Assembly: GCA_943354075.1 (NCBI GenBank)
Contig: CALRBL010000001.1
Location: 1 to 24,173 of the forward strand
Source of the DNA: Candidatus Nomurabacteria bacterium
Lineage (GTDB): Bacteria > Patescibacteriota > Minisyncoccia > Phycocordibacterales > CALRBL01
Direction of reading: 5' to 3'
DNA length: 24,173 nucleotides
This document shows, piece by piece, positions 22,908-24,173 of this stretch (positions within the stretch are counted from its first letter, which is position 1; every line of letters begins with the position of its first letter). The notes below the pieces were generated by a model that ran no database searches, was not told where the DNA came from, and saw only the letters and a list, made by a program, of their open reading frames with translations. The translations under genes were made by a program, and so were the position numbers.

Positions 22908-23103
22908 AGGACTGGAATCTTGTATCTTTCCAAGAGAAGTTTGTTGATGTATTACAGATCCCTCCACTAAAAATCGCACGAACTGCGGGTTTCAGAGGAG
23001 TGGAAAGGAAACTTTTTCGAGGTTGGATTTCGGGGACATCTTATCATATTTATGGCTAAAAGTCAATCCCTTCCCCGTTCCACACATAAGGTACAATGTT
23101 TAC

Positions 23104-24173
23104 ATGGTTCATTTCGATGAAGACGAGCAAAATAGAAAGATCCGAGAGCTTCGCCGCGTGGAAGAAGAGGAACTTGCCGAAATTCTCGCTAAAAAATATA
23201 ACGTTGGATATGTAAATTTGAACAAGATGCCCGTGAACACTGATTCCCTCCGTGTCATGGCTGAAGGTGATGCAAAGATGCATATGGTGGCGCCCTTCGC
23301 GCTCGTTGGAAAAAAAGTCAGCATTGCAGCGGTCGCTCCACAAGAACAAAGCACCAAAGAGCTTCTCGAACAACTCACAAAAGATGGTTACATCCCCACT
23401 GTCTTCATGGCGTCACACGACAGCCTCGAAAAGGCATGGTCGCGCTATGCAGATATTAGTTTTGCTTCAAAAAGTGAAAAGGGAGCACTTGATATTTCGA
23501 GTGAAGAGATCGAGGAGTTTATAAACAACACAGGAGCAATAGATGATATCAGCAAACACATCGGTGAGGCGATCACCATGAAGGCTGCCAACCGTACTTC
23601 ACGACTTCTTGTCATCATTCTCGCCGGTGCACTCTCTTTGAAATCTTCCGACGTACACATCGAACCTGAAGAAGAGATTATCAAGGTGCGATACCGACTC
23701 GATGGAGTACTTACTGAAGTGGCGTCTTTCGATCATGCGGTGTACAGCCTTTTACTTTCACGTATCAAATTGCTTTCGGGAATAAAATTAAATATCAAAG
23801 ACAATTCACAAGACGGACGTTTTAGTATCCACATCGAAGCTACTGATATTGAGATCCGAACCTCTACTCTTCCCGGCTCATATGGAGAATCGATTGTAAT
23901 GAGACTTTTGAATCCGCACTCTTTAGATGTACCTCTTGAAGGTATGGGAATTCCTGATGCACTCTTTAAGATATTTATGGAAGAAATTGAAAAGCCAAAC
24001 GGAATGATCTTGACCACAGGTCCAACAGGTTCTGGAAAAACAACCACCTTGTATTCTTTCATGAAAAAAGTGCAGAGTCCGGAAATAAAAATAATTACCA
24101 TTGAAGACCCTATCGAATATCATCTTCCTGGAATTACACAAACCCAAGTGGAACCAAAAAAGGGATATACCTT
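23104..24173 (+). CDS. GspE/PilB-family secretion ATPase (partial, runs off window)
   Basis: Manually translated from ATG 23104 (TACAAT 6 nt upstream): SDVHIEP, VRYRLDGVL, QDGRF, RTSTLP..GESIVMRLL, GPTGSGKTTTLY, ITIEDPIEY. Confidence 0.95.
   Translation, partial: MVHFDEDEQNRKIRELRRVEEEELAEILAKKYNVGYVNLNKMPVNTDSLRVMAEGDAKMHMVAPFALVGKKVSIAAVAPQEQSTKELLEQLTKDGYIPTVFMASHDSLEKAWSRYADISFASKSEKGALDISSEEIEEFINNTGAIDDISKHIGEAITMKAANRTSRLLVIILAGALSLKSSDVHIEPEEEIIKVRYRLDGVLTEVASFDHAVYSLLLSRIKLLSGIKLNIKDNSQDGRFSIHIEATDIEIRTSTLPGSYGESIVMRLLNPHSLDVPLEGMGIPDALFKIFMEEIEKPNGMILTTGPTGSGKTTTLYSFMKKVQSPEIKIITIEDPIEYHLPGITQTQVEPKKGYT

Noticed and set aside
21769-22970. Plus-strand ORFs 21769-22167 and 22212-22970
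   Set aside because: They are antisense shadows of a GC-rich gene; the minus frame has a signal peptide and terminator.
1-24173. CRISPR array, cas genes, integrase, transposase or prophage
   Set aside because: No regularly spaced repeat-spacer series and no recognisable Cas, recombinase, transposase or phage structural ORF.
1-24173. Alternative genetic code (UGA=Gly, as in Gracilibacteria/Absconditabacteria)
   Set aside because: Conserved genes are uninterrupted in code 11, and TGA serves as the stop in ATGA overlaps (e.g. polA/holA, ruvX).

Overview
This is a compact, gene-dense chromosomal window that looks like Patescibacteria/CPR (Parcubacteria-like). That placement is an inference from gene repertoire, tiny intergenic spaces and near absence of Shine-Dalgarno sites; the genetic code is standard code 11. 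It encodes housekeeping genes (folD, rplS, rpsT, RluA-family synthase, ruvX, ruvA, mutM, TrmH-family methylase, holA-like, polA, tsaE), a DsbB/DsbA pair, type IV pilus genes (pilM/N/O-like, a pilin, a partial PilB/GspE ATPase) and 7 tRNAs (His-GUG, Leu-GAG, Val-UAC, Arg-UCU, Ser-UGA, Arg-GCG, Lys-UUU). The main signal is one architecture repeated three times with two unrelated nuclease folds: -10 box (TAnnnT), 6 nt, ATG, AT-rich nuclease-like ORF, then a stop codon inside the 5' end of a tRNA gene. The cases are a tandem Zn-finger HNH pair into tRNA-His, a Zn-finger HNH into tRNA-Ser, and an HTH+LAGLIDADG-like ORF into tRNA-Arg(GCG). Other signals: about 20 genes have a TAnnnT box 6-7 nt before ATG (leaderless), some as interdigitated bidirectional promoters; a perfect 17-bp palindrome sits at the polA/holA junction; there is a divergent ClpP-like islet and a possible degenerate att site around an XRE gene; and the tRNAs show unusual features. 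No CRISPR array, integrase or transposase was seen. All calls come from manual reading, with no database searches.
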